In this document: one piece after another, positions 28,958-40,403 of the stretch
How positions within the stretch are numbered: the stretch's first letter is position 1
How the letters are laid out: each line of letters starts with the position of its first letter
From: Verrucomicrobiota bacterium
GTDB taxonomy: Bacteria; Verrucomicrobiota; Verrucomicrobiia; Opitutales; Coraliomargaritaceae
Assembly: GCA_039815375.1 (NCBI GenBank)
Contig: JBCBZJ010000009.1
Span: 1-64,000, forward strand
Length of the DNA stretch: 64,000 nucleotides
Direction of reading: 5' to 3'
Made by a program: the position numbers and the translations under genes
Notes under the pieces: model-generated
The model's database searches: none
Told to the model about the DNA's origin: nothing
The model's input: the letters and a program-made list of their open reading frames with translations, nothing else

Positions 28958-31783
28958 TTAGACGGACGGTGATATTTCTGCTAAGGCCTCTGCGCATCGT
29001 GCTGAGACGGGGCCCCATACTTCAGTTTCGACGAGCTCCGGAACCCAGCGCCAACTGCGTGGGCAGCGAACGCCATCGGCGTGTGCAACCTCGACGAGAA
29101 TTTCGCTTTCTTCGTTGGTTTCCTTGAGGATGACCTCTGATAATATGAAGAGTTCCGGTAGGTCGTTTTCGTATTTTTTTAAACGAGCGAAATCTGGATT
29201 TTTTGATGAACCGCTGATGATGGCTTTGGCGTCGAGGCTTTGGCCAATCGCTTTCTGCTGGCGGAGTCCTTCGAGGGGCTCATTGACGGATTCTGCAAGA
29301 AACGTCCTGAGTGCGCGGATATCCGTAGCAGTTTCTGAGTTTTGCCATGTGGAATCGACCTCCGGCCAATCACTTAATGCGATCGGCTTGTCTGTGAAGT
29401 CGCCGTCATTGGTGGCATAGCTCCATGCTTCGTCTGCGGTGAAGGGGAGTAGCGGTGCGATTAATCGCGTAAATACAGAGAAGATGATATGGATCGCGGT
29501 CTGAGAAGATCGGCGTAAAGGATCGTTCGGTGCGCGCGTGTAAAGCCGATCCTTAAGGATATCGTGGTACGTTGCGGAAAGTGTATTCGAGCAATATGGA
29601 TCGATGAACTCCTTGAAGGCTCGGTGAAACTCGTAGGCATCGTAGGCTTCGGTGACGTTTTGCACCAAGGTAGCCAGCTCATCAAGGGCCCATTTATCGA
29701 GTGCGTTAAGTTCTTCTAGTGGCACCGCTTGAGTGGACGGATCGAAGTCGTGGAGGTTGCCGATCTGGAAGCGCAGGGTGTTGCGGATATTGCGATAGTT
29801 ATTTGCAACATTCTTGACGATTTTGTCGGAGACAGGAACGTCACCACGATAATCCTGCGAGCAGATCCAGAGGCGAATGATATCGGCTCCGTATCCTTTG
29901 ATCCACTCCGTCAGAGGGCGTGCGGCACCATCGCTCTTGGAAAGTTTAGTGCCGTCTTCCTTAACGATAAAGCCGTGGGTGAGGAGATTTTTATAGGGAG
30001 CAGCCTTGTCTGCGATTACTCCGGTCCAAAGGGAGCTCTGGAACCAGCCGCGGTGTTGATCAGAGCCTTCGAGGTAGAGGTCTGCAGGCCAGCTGAGGTT
30101 TTTGCGCTTCTGCAGCACTGCACGGTGGCTCGTGCCCGAGTCGATCCAGACGTCAAGTGTATCCGTGCCACATTTGAGTTGTTCCGCTGAGGGCCAGTCG
30201 GCAGGTAGCTCGATGCCTTCGAGAATTTCGGCAGCGGTCTTTTCGAACCAAAGGTCGGTGCCTGTAGTCGCGACCTTTGCTGCAATGCCGCGGATGACAT
30301 TCGGGTCGATGTAGGCATTGCCGTCTGTGTCATAGAATGCGGGAATAGGTACGCCCCATGTGCGCTGCCGACTGATGCACCAGTCGGGGCGATTTTCTAC
30401 TGCTGCGCGGATTCGGTTTTCACCCCAGCTGGGTATGAAAGTGACTGCATCCAGCGCAGAGAGAGCCCGCTTGCGATCACCGTTTTTATCCAATGCGATG
30501 AACCACTGGTCGACAGCCCGGAAAACGACTGGTGTTTTGGAGCGCCAACAATGTGGGTAGCTGTGATCGAACTTCTTTTTTGAAAGGAGCGAGCCATTCG
30601 CCGCGATAATTTTAAGAACGCCGAGATTCGCGTCGGAAGGCTTGCTGCCGGTTTCGAGAACGGAAAGCCCGACCAGCTCGGCCGGAACTTGACCATCATC
30701 ATCGTAAACACCCTTGTCATTGACCGGGCAGTAAACTTCGAGCCCGTTCTTGATGCCGGTGATGTAATCGTCAAGACCATGACCGGGTGCGGTATGTACG
30801 CAGCCTGTGCCGCTTTCCGTAGTAACGTACTCGGCCAGCAGGATGGGGGAGGCGCGATTAATAAATGGGTGCTGTGCTTCGAGCTTCTCGAGTTGCGAGC
30901 CGAGAACGGTAACGATGGTTTCAACACCTTCCAATTCGCACTCCTCGGCAACTTGTCCAATCAGCGCGGTGGCGATGATCAGGTTGCCCTTGTTGCTTTT
31001 GATCACGCTGTATTCAACATTTGGATGCACGGCTACAGCTAGATTAGCCGGAAGTGTCCATGGTGTCGTTGTCCAGATCAGCGCGGAAGTTTCCTCTTCC
31101 AGGTTGAGCGTCTTGAGTGCTTCATCGGAGAGCTTGAGCTTTACATAGATGGAGATGCTCTTGTGGTCGCGATATTCAATCTCGGCCTCAGCCAGTGCGG
31201 TTTCGAAAGGTATCGACCAATAAACCGGCTTCTTGCTGCGGTAAACAAGGCCCTGCTCGACGAAATTTGCAAAGGTCTCAAGCTCAGTGGCCTCGTATTC
31301 GGGATGGATGGTCCAATACTCGTTTGCCCAGTCGCCGGTCACGCCGAGGCGTTCGAATTGCTCACTCTGAATCTTGCGATACTTATCGGCAAAGGCCGCG
31401 CAGGCCTTGCGTACTTCGAGTGGAGTGTAGTCAGTCCGCCCCTCTTCCTGCAGCTCACGCGAGACCTTGTGCTCAATTGGCAGGCCATGGCTGTCCCAGC
31501 CGGGGATGTAGGGAGCCTTGTAGCCACACATCCACTTGTAACGGAGGATAGTGTCTTTCAGCGTTTTATTCAGGGCATGGCCCAGATGAAGATCGCCGTT
31601 TGTGAAAGGAGGGCCGTCATGGAGGATGAAATCGGTTCCAGCAGCGTTTTTCTCTTGGATTTTCCCGTAGAGATTAAGCTTGTTCCAGTGTGCGATGCGC
31701 TGTGGTTCCCGTTCCACCAGATTGCCCCGCATGGGGAACTGGGTTTGTGGTAAATTGAGCGTATCCTTGAGGTCCAAAGCCAT
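28958..31783 (-). CDS. ileS: Isoleucine-tRNA ligase
   Basis: HDGPPF, HLGH, WTTTPWT, DWCISRQR, EGSDQHRGWF, KLSKS. Confidence 0.97.
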   Translation of the reverse strand: MALDLKDTLNLPQTQFPMRGNLVEREPQRIAHWNKLNLYGKIQEKNAAGTDFILHDGPPFTNGDLHLGHALNKTLKDTILRYKWMCGYKAPYIPGWDSHGLPIEHKVSRELQEEGRTDYTPLEVRKACAAFADKYRKIQSEQFERLGVTGDWANEYWTIHPEYEATELETFANFVEQGLVYRSKKPVYWSIPFETALAEAEIEYRDHKSISIYVKLKLSDEALKTLNLEEETSALIWTTTPWTLPANLAVAVHPNVEYSVIKSNKGNLIIATALIGQVAEECELEGVETIVTVLGSQLEKLEAQHPFINRASPILLAEYVTTESGTGCVHTAPGHGLDDYITGIKNGLEVYCPVNDKGVYDDDGQVPAELVGLSVLETGSKPSDANLGVLKIIAANGSLLSKKKFDHSYPHCWRSKTPVVFRAVDQWFIALDKNGDRKRALSALDAVTFIPSWGENRIRAAVENRPDWCISRQRTWGVPIPAFYDTDGNAYIDPNVIRGIAAKVATTGTDLWFEKTAAEILEGIELPADWPSAEQLKCGTDTLDVWIDSGTSHRAVLQKRKNLSWPADLYLEGSDQHRGWFQSSLWTGVIADKAAPYKNLLTHGFIVKEDGTKLSKSDGAARPLTEWIKGYGADIIRLWICSQDYRGDVPVSDKIVKNVANNYRNIRNTLRFQIGNLHDFDPSTQAVPLEELNALDKWALDELATLVQNVTEAYDAYEFHRAFKEFIDPYCSNTLSATYHDILKDRLYTRAPNDPLRRSSQTAIHIIFSVFTRLIAPLLPFTADEAWSYATNDGDFTDKPIALSDWPEVDSTWQNSETATDIRALRTFLAESVNEPLEGLRQQKAIGQSLDAKAIISGSSKNPDFARLKKYENDLPELFILSEVILKETNEESEILVEVAHADGVRCPRSWRWVPELVETEVWGPVSARCAEALAEISPSV

Positions 31784-31910
31784 GGTCTGAGCGGCCTCGA
31801 AGGCCGATGAAAAGCGCGGCAGTGTGGTTTTTTGGTTTACCAAGTCAAGCACGCAGACTTATCTCGCGAAACTTTAAGAATTGCCCCTGGCAAGACACTC
31901 GAAACGAAAT

Positions 31911-32915
31911 ATGATATTCGCACTCATCAACCTGCCATTCAATGACTTGTCTGTTTGGCTACTGCTCGTCTTTCTCGTGGTGGGCTTTCTCGGGCTCACC
32001 TTCGGCGGCGATTGCTTGACCAATGGTGCTGCAGCTATTTCGGTTAATCTCAAGATCAACCCGGTGGTCGTCGGTCTGACTATCGTATCGATTGCCACAT
32101 CCATGCCGGAGTTGGTAACTTCATTGCTTGCAGCCGAAGAAAGTCCCGGACTCGCCGTGGGTAACATTCTCGGTAGCAACGTCGCCAATATTGGTTTAAT
32201 TCTGGGAATCACAGCTCTTATTACACCACTCAGTATTCAGATGCGGCTTGTCCGCCGCGAGGTTCCCATTCTCTTAGTTGTTACGGCTCTCTTTATCTTT
32301 TTTGCATTTAAGGGCTTTTCTAGAGTGGAGGGACTCATTCTGCTGCTCCTCACGCTTGCCTATCTCGTCTATGTAGTTCTGGGCTCAAAATCGGCACCGG
32401 AATCCGTTTCCCGGGAGATTGTCGAAGAAATCAATCAAGCTTCTCGTAAATCCAATGTAGTGGCTGGCCTTCTTGTATTGGCGGGTGGCATTCTGCTCGC
32501 GTTGGGGGCGGAAACTCTTGTTGGCAGCTCCGTTGAAATTGCCAGCCGCCTCGGGGTAAGTGATGTCTTAATTGGTCTGACCATCGTGGCCATTGGCACA
32601 AGTCTGCCCGAGCTGGCTGCTTCGGTTGCCGCCGCAAGGTCCGGGCACAGCGATATTTGCGCAGGTAATATCGTCGGCTCGAATCTCTTTAATCTTCTAC
32701 TAATCGGTGGCAGCGTGGCGACTTTTGTTCCCATTCCGGTCGACACTGCTCTCTTCCGATTCGAGTTCCCTGCCGTCTTTTTTCTGACAGCCCTGCTATT
32801 ATGGTTCTTTAAGACCGGTCATATTGTCAGCCGTAAGGAAGGTGTGATCTTGCTTTTCCTTTACGTGACGATTCTTACCTTTTCCGCACTTCTGCAACTT
32901 GGTTATCTTTTCTAG
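31911..32915 (+). CDS. Calcium/sodium antiporter (YrbG family)
   Basis: Two alpha repeats: TSMPEL..GNILGSN and GTSLPEL..GNIVGSN. Confidence 0.92.
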   Translation: MIFALINLPFNDLSVWLLLVFLVVGFLGLTFGGDCLTNGAAAISVNLKINPVVVGLTIVSIATSMPELVTSLLAAEESPGLAVGNILGSNVANIGLILGITALITPLSIQMRLVRREVPILLVVTALFIFFAFKGFSRVEGLILLLLTLAYLVYVVLGSKSAPESVSREIVEEINQASRKSNVVAGLLVLAGGILLALGAETLVGSSVEIASRLGVSDVLIGLTIVAIGTSLPELAASVAAARSGHSDICAGNIVGSNLFNLLLIGGSVATFVPIPVDTALFRFEFPAVFFLTALLLWFFKTGHIVSRKEGVILLFLYVTILTFSALLQLGYLF

Positions 32916-32922
32916 TTTTATC

Positions 32923-34500
32923 ATGTCCGATACATACAAGCCTGTCGTTCTCATCATCCGCGATGGATGGGGTGAAAACCACGATTCGTCCTATGACGAG
33001 TATAATGCTGTCAAGCTAGCCAATACACCGGTTGCTGACAGACTCACTGCCAAGTATCCACGCACGGAAATCGAAGCTTCCGGTTTAGCTGTCGGTTTGC
33101 CGGAAGGCATCATGGGTAATTCTGAAGTAGGGCATCAGAACATAGGTGCCGGCCGTGTCGTCGATCAGGAGATCGTGCGGATCAATAAGGGTATCGCAAC
33201 TGGCTCGGTCAAGAAGAGTCCTCAGCTTAAGGCAGCCTTCGCCAATGTGCGGGAGAAAGGCTCTGCACTTCATTTTATGGGCCTTGTCTCCGACGCCGGT
33301 GTGCACTCCATGCTGGATCACCTCTATGGCTTGCTTGCGATTGCTAAGGAAGAGGGGGTCGAAAAGGTTTACCTCCATGCCTTTACTGATGGCCGTGACA
33401 CGGGTCCATTCACCGGCAAAGGCTTTATTGAACAGGCCGAAGCGAAAATGGCCGAAATCGGCATCGGCCAGATTGCATCCGTTGCTGGACGCTACTGGGC
33501 AATGGATCGCGACAATCGCTGGGACCGCGTGCAGCGTGCCTACGACTGCCTTACTGGACGCAAGGTCGAGAAGTCATTCTCGTCTGCTGCTGAAGCCATC
33601 CAGGCCCAATATGATACTCCGGAAACTGATGGAACCAAGGGCGATGAGTTCTGCCCGCCGTCCGCAGTGGTCGATGCTGAAGGCAGCCCTGTGGCGACCA
33701 TCCAAAGCGGTGATTCGGTGCTTTTCTTTAACTTTCGTGGCGACCGACCACGTGAGTTGACCCGTGCATTCATTCAGGATGACTTTGACGGTTTTGACCG
33801 TGGTGAAAAACTCGACCTTTTCTTCGCGACTTTGAGCGAATACCAGAAGGGCCTCTGTCCGAACATTATCTTTCAAAAACCACCGAAGATGGATGGCATT
33901 CTTGGAGCTCACGTATCCGAAGAAGGAATACCGCAGTTCCGTTGTGCCGAGACCGAAAAGTTCCCGCATGTCACCTTCTTCTTCAATGACTATCGCGAAG
34001 AGCCATTCCCCGGTGAAGATCGTGAGCTCATTCCTAGCCGCAAGGACTGCGCGACTTACGACGAAAAACCGGAGATGTCAGCCTATGGTATCCGCGATGC
34101 ATCTGTCGAAGCGATCAGATCAGGTAAGTATGGTCTCGTGGTAATCAACTTTGCGAATCCGGATATGGTTGGCCATACTGGAGTGGTGCAGGCTTGTATT
34201 AAAGCCTGTGAAGTGGTCGACGGATGTGTTGGCGACTTGCTTGCTGCGATCGACGAAGTTGGTGGCTCCGCCGTCATCACTGCCGACCATGGTAATTCAG
34301 ACCAGCTTTGGAACAATACTACTGACGGTCCCCACACGGCACACACCCTAAATCCTGTTGAAGTCGTTGTTTATAGCGAGGCGCACCAAGGTGTGAAGCT
34401 TGCCGAAGGGGGTGCATTAGGTGACATTGCTCCGACCATTCTTCAGCTTATGGGCCTCGAACAACCTGCTGCCATGACTGGCAAGAGCTTAGTGGTCTAG
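32923..34500 (+). CDS. gpmI: 2,3-bisphosphoglycerate-independent phosphoglycerate mutase
   Basis: [31 protein letters not shown]. Confidence 0.97.
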   Translation: MSDTYKPVVLIIRDGWGENHDSSYDEYNAVKLANTPVADRLTAKYPRTEIEASGLAVGLPEGIMGNSEVGHQNIGAGRVVDQEIVRINKGIATGSVKKSPQLKAAFANVREKGSALHFMGLVSDAGVHSMLDHLYGLLAIAKEEGVEKVYLHAFTDGRDTGPFTGKGFIEQAEAKMAEIGIGQIASVAGRYWAMDRDNRWDRVQRAYDCLTGRKVEKSFSSAAEAIQAQYDTPETDGTKGDEFCPPSAVVDAEGSPVATIQSGDSVLFFNFRGDRPRELTRAFIQDDFDGFDRGEKLDLFFATLSEYQKGLCPNIIFQKPPKMDGILGAHVSEEGIPQFRCAETEKFPHVTFFFNDYREEPFPGEDRELIPSRKDCATYDEKPEMSAYGIRDASVEAIRSGKYGLVVINFANPDMVGHTGVVQACIKACEVVDGCVGDLLAAIDEVGGSAVITADHGNSDQLWNNTTDGPHTAHTLNPVEVVVYSEAHQGVKLAEGGALGDIAPTILQLMGLEQPAAMTGKSLVV

Positions 34501-34669
34501 TCGAGCTGTCCTTTTTTGTGTTTCAGGTGAAACCGGAGTTTTAAGATCCCCAGTGGATTGCCTGTCAGGCTGGCGGTCATCCATCTTGATACTCTCTCCA
34601 GGCCTTCGGCTGGATTTGGATGGACCCTATTATAGGTCTGGTCGGCGCTCGGAGCCGGGTAGGGTTGTA

Positions 34670-35332
34670 TCAGTGTCGTCTTCTACGGCTCAGGGCGGCC
34701 GAGCTCAGGGCGATGAATCCCACAATGAGAGAATACAGGCTGGGTTCGGGGATTGGCGTGTTGATCCTGAATTGGACAAGATTTTCACCGCCTGCAGTTC
34801 CAATGACTCTCCACAGATCAATTTCCGTGTTCGTGGCGTGATGGTCGAGTCCGAGTGTTTCGAAATTCTGATTCGCAAAGAGCTCGGTCACTCCTTCGAG
34901 GTCACCCCCCGCTTCCGCACTCAGTTCGCTGAAATCGGGGGAATCATCGATACTGATCGAAAACACGGTTTCTTCGATAAAGAGTTCGTCGGAGGCAATC
35001 GTGATTCCACTATAGGTTCCTCCGGGAGAAATGGTTTTTGTCGAGAAATCATCCAATAGCAAATCTTCACCATCATAGCGTTCATATCCAAATGATCGAA
35101 TGAAGTCCGAACCACTGGGGCCAAATCGATTCAGTGTTCGAGTGGTAAATGCATTTATCGAAACGTCACCTGCAAAGGAGTCTGCAAGGTCGACCGAACC
35201 TGAATACGATAAAATCACATCATTTCCGACCTGATCAAATTCAATGATTAACACTCCTTTAGAACTCATTGGAATGAGAGTTAAAATAAGAAAGCTGATC
35301 AGTTTTCTGATCCTTACAGTTTGGTTTTTCAT
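34670..35332 (-). CDS. PEP-CTERM surface protein
   Basis: Signal peptide; C-terminal IPEPS, hydrophobic helix, RRRRH. Confidence 0.88.
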   Translation of the reverse strand: MKNQTVRIRKLISFLILTLIPMSSKGVLIIEFDQVGNDVILSYSGSVDLADSFAGDVSINAFTTRTLNRFGPSGSDFIRSFGYERYDGEDLLLDDFSTKTISPGGTYSGITIASDELFIEETVFSISIDDSPDFSELSAEAGGDLEGVTELFANQNFETLGLDHHATNTEIDLWRVIGTAGGENLVQFRINTPIPEPSLYSLIVGFIALSSAALSRRRRH

Positions 35333-35716
35333 GTGATTGGATGATTGTCGGTTCTCTAGTTTAAGTCCTTCACGAAAATTCAAAAATTGAGCGGAAGAAC
35401 GTTTCGGAGGCTACCTTATCAAACTTGGATTAATGGATTGTTAATGTTTCGACGGACTCGAATAATAAAAAACCATTTTAATGTAGAGCTGAGTCTGGCT
35501 CACCGTGTGATTCCCGAATCGTTTTCTCCCGCTTCTGTTACCCAGAATCGGACTCCATTTATAACTTGTTAGCAAGGCACCCGAGTCCAATGTGATCGTC
35601 GCGTCCAGATTCTCAGCGGCTCTATTGACTTCGCTTCGACTCAGCGGAGCATTGAGTGCAGAAGCAGCGTCATTCTCCAACAGATTATCCGAGACGGTTT
35701 CTTTCTTAAAGCATGA

Positions 35717-35905
35717 AAAGGAATCGGAAATGATGCCGCAGAATTGACCAACCTGCATGTTTGGCAGATCGGCCCTGGCATCTTCAGTGTGATCATGGTG
35801 ATCCGCACCGCAGAGATGTATTCTGTTGATTTCTACAAAGCGGAACCCGATAAAGAAACATTCTCACATCTTACTCTGGAGTTGGATATGGTAGACGAGA
35901 CCTAG
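35717..35905 (+). pseudogene. Orphan C-terminal fragment of a DmeF-like CDF metal exporter
   Basis: Manual translation ...LTNLHVWQIGPGIFSVIM...DFYK...FSHLTLEL; no start codon or TM domain upstream. Confidence 0.55.
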
Positions 35906-36074
35906 TGCAGGCGATTAACAAACTATATAGGTTTTAGCTAGAGCTTTGGATTTTTGTGCCTCTAATTTGGAAGCCGTTCAATCCATCTAAACCGGATTAC
36001 CAGACGATAGATCATCAGCCTTTAATCAGGATTGCTAAGATGGGTGAATCTGTTTTAAGTTATTTCTTTAAATT

Positions 36075-38609
36075 ATGCGCTGCCTGCAAACTTCCCGTCT
36101 ACTTGTGGCTGGCATACTTTGCCTTAGCCAAACCTCACACGCTGAAGAGATCGTAAGCTCTATTTCGCAGGCGCCTGTCCCGTTCAATGAACTTGGCCCT
36201 GCGATTACTTTGAGCGACTCTGAGATCGAATCAATGACGGCTGCTCCTGGTCTTAAAAAGTTCAGCCCAAGTATCTCACCAAGGACGAGCAGCACCGTCG
36301 CCACATCCGGATTTACGATCAACCGGATGAATCGTAATGCAGTCGCTGCGGGCTATCAGCGCTACTATCTGGCTTCGGTGGACTTTGAATCAGTCACCGC
36401 CTGGACAGGTAGTGCGAGCCCCTGTAATGCGGGCACTGTCTCCTCCACCTTTCAGGACCATACGCTCAGGCGGATTAACTACTATCGCGCGCAGGCAGGG
36501 GTTCTTGCGGATATCTTCTTCACCACGGAGAAAAATGAGAAATCGCAAGAGGCTGCTCTTATGATGGCGGCTAACAACGACCTAAGCCACACTCCTCCGA
36601 CCTCGTGGCTATGCTACACTCAGGACGGTTTCGATGCTGCTTTTGCAGGGAATCTGGCCCTGGGATCCTATGGCCCCGAATCAATCGATCAGCTCATTGA
36701 GGACGACGGGAGTAACAATGCAGCGGTTGGGCACCGGCGCTGGTTTCTATTTTTACAAGCACAGGAAATGGGTAATGGATCCATTCCTTCAAGTGGCACA
36801 TTCCCTTACACCTACCCCGAACACCCGGATACTGATGTCGTCTGGGTGATTGGCGATTTCAAGGGAGCTCAGCCTGCGCAAGCAGTGGCGTGGCCCAACG
36901 ACGGCTATGTGCCATGGAATTTGGTCCCCAATGATGGAGAGAGCTTCCCCAGATGGTCTTATTCCTATCCTGGAGCAGACTTTTCAAGCGCTTCCGTCAC
37001 TATGACACTTGGTGGTAGCAATGTACCCGTAACACTTGAGCCGGTCACAACCGGCGCGGGGGACAATACGATCGTCTGGATTCCCTCTTCCGTGCCAAAT
37101 GTCACCCCAAGTTCTGATCAGACCTACCAAATCAATATTAGTGGGATAAGTGGACCGATTTCGTCTGCCAACTATTCCGTTACCTTGATCAACCCCAATA
37201 CGGTGAACGACCTTCCGGTAATCACCGGAACAAAAAGCCCTCCTGCAGGTGTCGCCACAACCTATCAATTTTCCTCTACCGATCAGGCTGAGGGCTACAC
37301 GCTAACTACATTTGAAGCCGCATCATCGGTTTGGACGGAAGGCGCGGAAGCCTCTCCGGTTCCAAATGTCGTTGATGATACAGATGCTTCTTACGACTTA
37401 TTAAGCAGCGCACAAAGCGCTACGGGGAGCCAATCATTTCACCTTGCGACGCCGGATTTTAATGAAGATCGCTTCTCGATTGACCGTCTAGTCGTACCTG
37501 ATTCGAGCAGTTCGATTACATTTAAATACCGGCGCCTCTTCATGCATCCCGATACGAAGCTGAGAGTTGAGCTTTCTGTCGATGAAGGTAGCTCATTTAC
37601 AACAGTGGAAACAATCGACGGTGGAAGCTCCTCGGTTAGTTCAGTCGATTGGGACCCCGGGTTTATCAACGCATCGATCGATGTCCCTGCAGACTTCGAG
37701 AATAAGACCATCACATTGAGATTCAGCATCGATCCGACAGGTGCAACGTTCCTTGGAAGCGATAACAATATAGGAGTCTATATCGACGACGTCTCCATTT
37801 CGAACACGACTGAACTCTCCAACCCATCGACACAGACGCTTGCCGCAGCCGCGACTTCATTTGATTTCACTCCCGGCAGTGTGGGCCAAAGTTACCGTCT
37901 CGTTCTACAGCCAGAGCTTGGAGGAAATCTTTTCGAATTCGGTCCCGGCTTGGACATTCAAGCGGTTTCTGCGCCTCCAGCACCTTCGATTAGCAGCTCA
38001 AGTACAGCGCAGGGTGTTCAGGGTGAAATATTTTCCTACATGATCACCGCTTCCGAAAACCCCACATCCTTTAATGCAACGGGTCTTCCGGCGGGCGCAT
38101 CGATCAATACCAGTACCGGTGAGATTACCGGAACGATTGCGGTCGGCGTGCACTCGGGAATCACGATATCAGCCACAAATGGCGGCGGGACAGACGATGC
38201 ACTACTCACGATTACTGTTCTTTCAGGTTACGACAACGCAGTGCAAAACCTCTATCCAGGCCTCGGCGCTTCATCTGCTGATGATGATGGCGACGGAGAC
38301 ACGAACCTGGAGGAGATCGCAATTCTTGGGCGGAATCCTCTGGTTTCAGACGCCAATGGCACATCGCAAATCTCCGCGTCAATTACGGCCCCCAATTTCT
38401 TCTTCACAATTATGAAATCGGGCATTGCCGGCATCGACTACCAAGCTGTCGGGAAGTCTTCACTTACCGATCCAACATGGACGACCAATGGCATTATCAT
38501 TCAGACGGATAACGCCTCAGAGCTTACAGTCTCCTACTCAACCACGGGCCAGAATAGCCATTTCCTGAGGTTCGAAATCACGCAAAACAACACCACCACT
38601 GCAGAATAA
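36075..38609 (+). CDS. Secreted CAP (SCP) domain protein with Ig-like (He_PIG) domain
   Basis: Signal peptide; RINYYRAQAG, LSH.PP, VGHRRW; ATGLPAGASINTSTGEITGT; DDDGDGDTN loop. Confidence 0.8.
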   Translation: MRCLQTSRLLVAGILCLSQTSHAEEIVSSISQAPVPFNELGPAITLSDSEIESMTAAPGLKKFSPSISPRTSSTVATSGFTINRMNRNAVAAGYQRYYLASVDFESVTAWTGSASPCNAGTVSSTFQDHTLRRINYYRAQAGVLADIFFTTEKNEKSQEAALMMAANNDLSHTPPTSWLCYTQDGFDAAFAGNLALGSYGPESIDQLIEDDGSNNAAVGHRRWFLFLQAQEMGNGSIPSSGTFPYTYPEHPDTDVVWVIGDFKGAQPAQAVAWPNDGYVPWNLVPNDGESFPRWSYSYPGADFSSASVTMTLGGSNVPVTLEPVTTGAGDNTIVWIPSSVPNVTPSSDQTYQINISGISGPISSANYSVTLINPNTVNDLPVITGTKSPPAGVATTYQFSSTDQAEGYTLTTFEAASSVWTEGAEASPVPNVVDDTDASYDLLSSAQSATGSQSFHLATPDFNEDRFSIDRLVVPDSSSSITFKYRRLFMHPDTKLRVELSVDEGSSFTTVETIDGGSSSVSSVDWDPGFINASIDVPADFENKTITLRFSIDPTGATFLGSDNNIGVYIDDVSISNTTELSNPSTQTLAAAATSFDFTPGSVGQSYRLVLQPELGGNLFEFGPGLDIQAVSAPPAPSISSSSTAQGVQGEIFSYMITASENPTSFNATGLPAGASINTSTGEITGTIAVGVHSGITISATNGGGTDDALLTITVLSGYDNAVQNLYPGLGASSADDDGDGDTNLEEIAILGRNPLVSDANGTSQISASITAPNFFFTIMKSGIAGIDYQAVGKSSLTDPTWTTNGIIIQTDNASELTVSYSTTGQNSHFLRFEITQNNTTTAE

Positions 38610-39163
38610 GCGAATTTCGGTCTGTATCCAATACCATGGGTTAACTTTTTACCGGCAGTAAGAAAGCTGCGCTTTGGCTTTAATCCGATGACGGGGGAAC
38701 GGATCGAAATTCATAAACTCAAGTGAACATCCGCACCCAAGCGATCGACATCCATAACTCCACAACAAAGAAATTGGTCTGCCGTAAAGAAACGCATCGC
38801 TCAGCTGAATGACCAAGAACTTTTGAAGCTCATTGGCGAGCTCTACAAACTCGCACCCGAGAACAAACGATTTATAGACAATTTTTTGCACCACCTCCTC
38901 GAATGCCGCAGGATTGAGTTTCTTGCTAGAAAATAGCCTACTTATCTGGCTTGAAAATACGAAGTAACGGACAACTGCATCTAGCTACATGAAGAAAGGG
39001 ATAGACCAACACGCAGTCGTTCCTCACGTGAAAGAAAAATTACTTAACGAGATGATACTAATCCTTCGAAAGGTCGTGCTCTTTTCGTAAAAATGCTGTC
39101 AAATCCGAAGTGAGTCAAAAATCAAACTCGCTAAATAAAAGTTAGACATGTGATTTTTTTCTT

Positions 39164-40099
39164 ATGATCAGAATTATAGGAATGTCATGCCTAATTTACT
39201 CATCCGTTAGTTTTGCAAACGTGCAAATGCTGACTTTAAACACTGACGGGAGTGTTGCAGCTGATCGGGAAAATGTGGATACTCACACTTATGTACAGAC
39301 ACTCTTCCCTGGTGCATCCGAACCAGAAGAACGCTGGGCCTCACTGCTGACTTCAAGTTACATTTTTGGTAGTGCCAACACAACAACCAGGGGCATCGAT
39401 CTAATAGGCGTCATGGGAGGATTTTCTGCATTAACAATCTACGATACAGGTACGCCGACAACACTATATACGAGTCCTTATTTCTCACCTACAAACTTCT
39501 CAGTTTCTGCGGGACCAGGAACAATATGGGCAACCGACATAGTTAACGGCCCTTACATGGGTACGTCTTTGATCAATAATCCGGATATTGTCGCGATGGA
39601 TGTTTCTAAGGTCATTTTGTATGATTCTGTGACAGATAACCTATATGCATACAATCGTGAGGATCGATTCGCTGCTAATAATGGTTCACTCTTACTATGG
39701 ACCTTTGGGGATTTTGATAATAGTGGTGATTTGGATAATACGTTCACGAATGGCCCTTTAGCGAATCAGAACATCAGTAATCAAATCTCAAACCTAATAG
39801 CAGTTGACAATAATTTGTATTTTATTGACGGGGATAATACCGTCCATGCTTATGATCAGGATTTGGATTTTGTTGAAACCAGCACAATCACTTTGAGTGG
39901 TGATCTTGCGGGGGAGACGCTAAGCGATCTGGTCGATGGATTGGTCGACGGCTACACCTACTTGGGTTGGGATTTAGGTGGCATTGGAGTGTTGGGAATC
40001 AGTGATCCCAGAGTGGTCCCGGAACCATCAAGCTATGCTCTGCTTATTGGAATTGTATCGTTTTCTTTGAGCTATTTCCGCCGCCGTCGTCGTCAGTAA
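39164..40099 (+). CDS. PEP-CTERM surface protein
   Basis: Signal peptide; VPEPSSYALL...RRRRRQ. Confidence 0.88.
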   Translation: MIRIIGMSCLIYSSVSFANVQMLTLNTDGSVAADRENVDTHTYVQTLFPGASEPEERWASLLTSSYIFGSANTTTRGIDLIGVMGGFSALTIYDTGTPTTLYTSPYFSPTNFSVSAGPGTIWATDIVNGPYMGTSLINNPDIVAMDVSKVILYDSVTDNLYAYNREDRFAANNGSLLLWTFGDFDNSGDLDNTFTNGPLANQNISNQISNLIAVDNNLYFIDGDNTVHAYDQDLDFVETSTITLSGDLAGETLSDLVDGLVDGYTYLGWDLGGIGVLGISDPRVVPEPSSYALLIGIVSFSLSYFRRRRRQ

Positions 40100-40250
40100 A
40101 TACGCGGACTATCAGTCACTCTACCGACAGGAACAAATCTACAAGCAGCGTTATGGTTTGGAGATACCGCGGCAAACACTATGCCGCTGGAAAACTCTAG
40201 ATGCGAATACTCTGGAGACGCTTTACAAGCTCTTACGCAAGCAGCAATAA
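40083..40250 (+). mobile_element. IS66 transposase (TnpC) internal fragment
   Basis: Manual translation VVVSKYADYQSLYRQEQIYKQRYGLEIPRQTLCRW matches the IS66 SKYxDHLPLYRQ...RxTLxxW motif. Confidence 0.75.
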
Positions 40251-40264
40251 AGTCATCTCTACCC

Positions 40265-40355
40265 ACCGCCCCCTGAAAACAGTCCCTGATTGAATGAGAG
40301 GTCTGATTGTTTAAAAATCGAACAGAATCATGGCAAAGAGAAAGCACCACAGGCG
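40265..40355 (+). mobile_element. Possible IS3-family left-end remnant
   Basis: CCGCCCCCTGAAAACAGTCCC IR-like sequence followed by ATG-AKRKH, resembling an orfA start. Confidence 0.35.
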
Positions 40356-40403
40356 AAGAGAGCTAATTCTTGAGTTTTAAAGCCGGGTAAAAATAATACT
40401 GCC

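Noticed and set aside
28489..29127. Plus-strand 212-aa hydrophobic ORF
   Set aside because: Antisense of the Lys/Ala-rich dksA region and the ileS end.
34575..34626. Nested stem-loop between convergent gpmI and PEP-CTERM genes
   Set aside because: Single copy, no U-tract, no family match; probably a terminator-like or REP-like relic.
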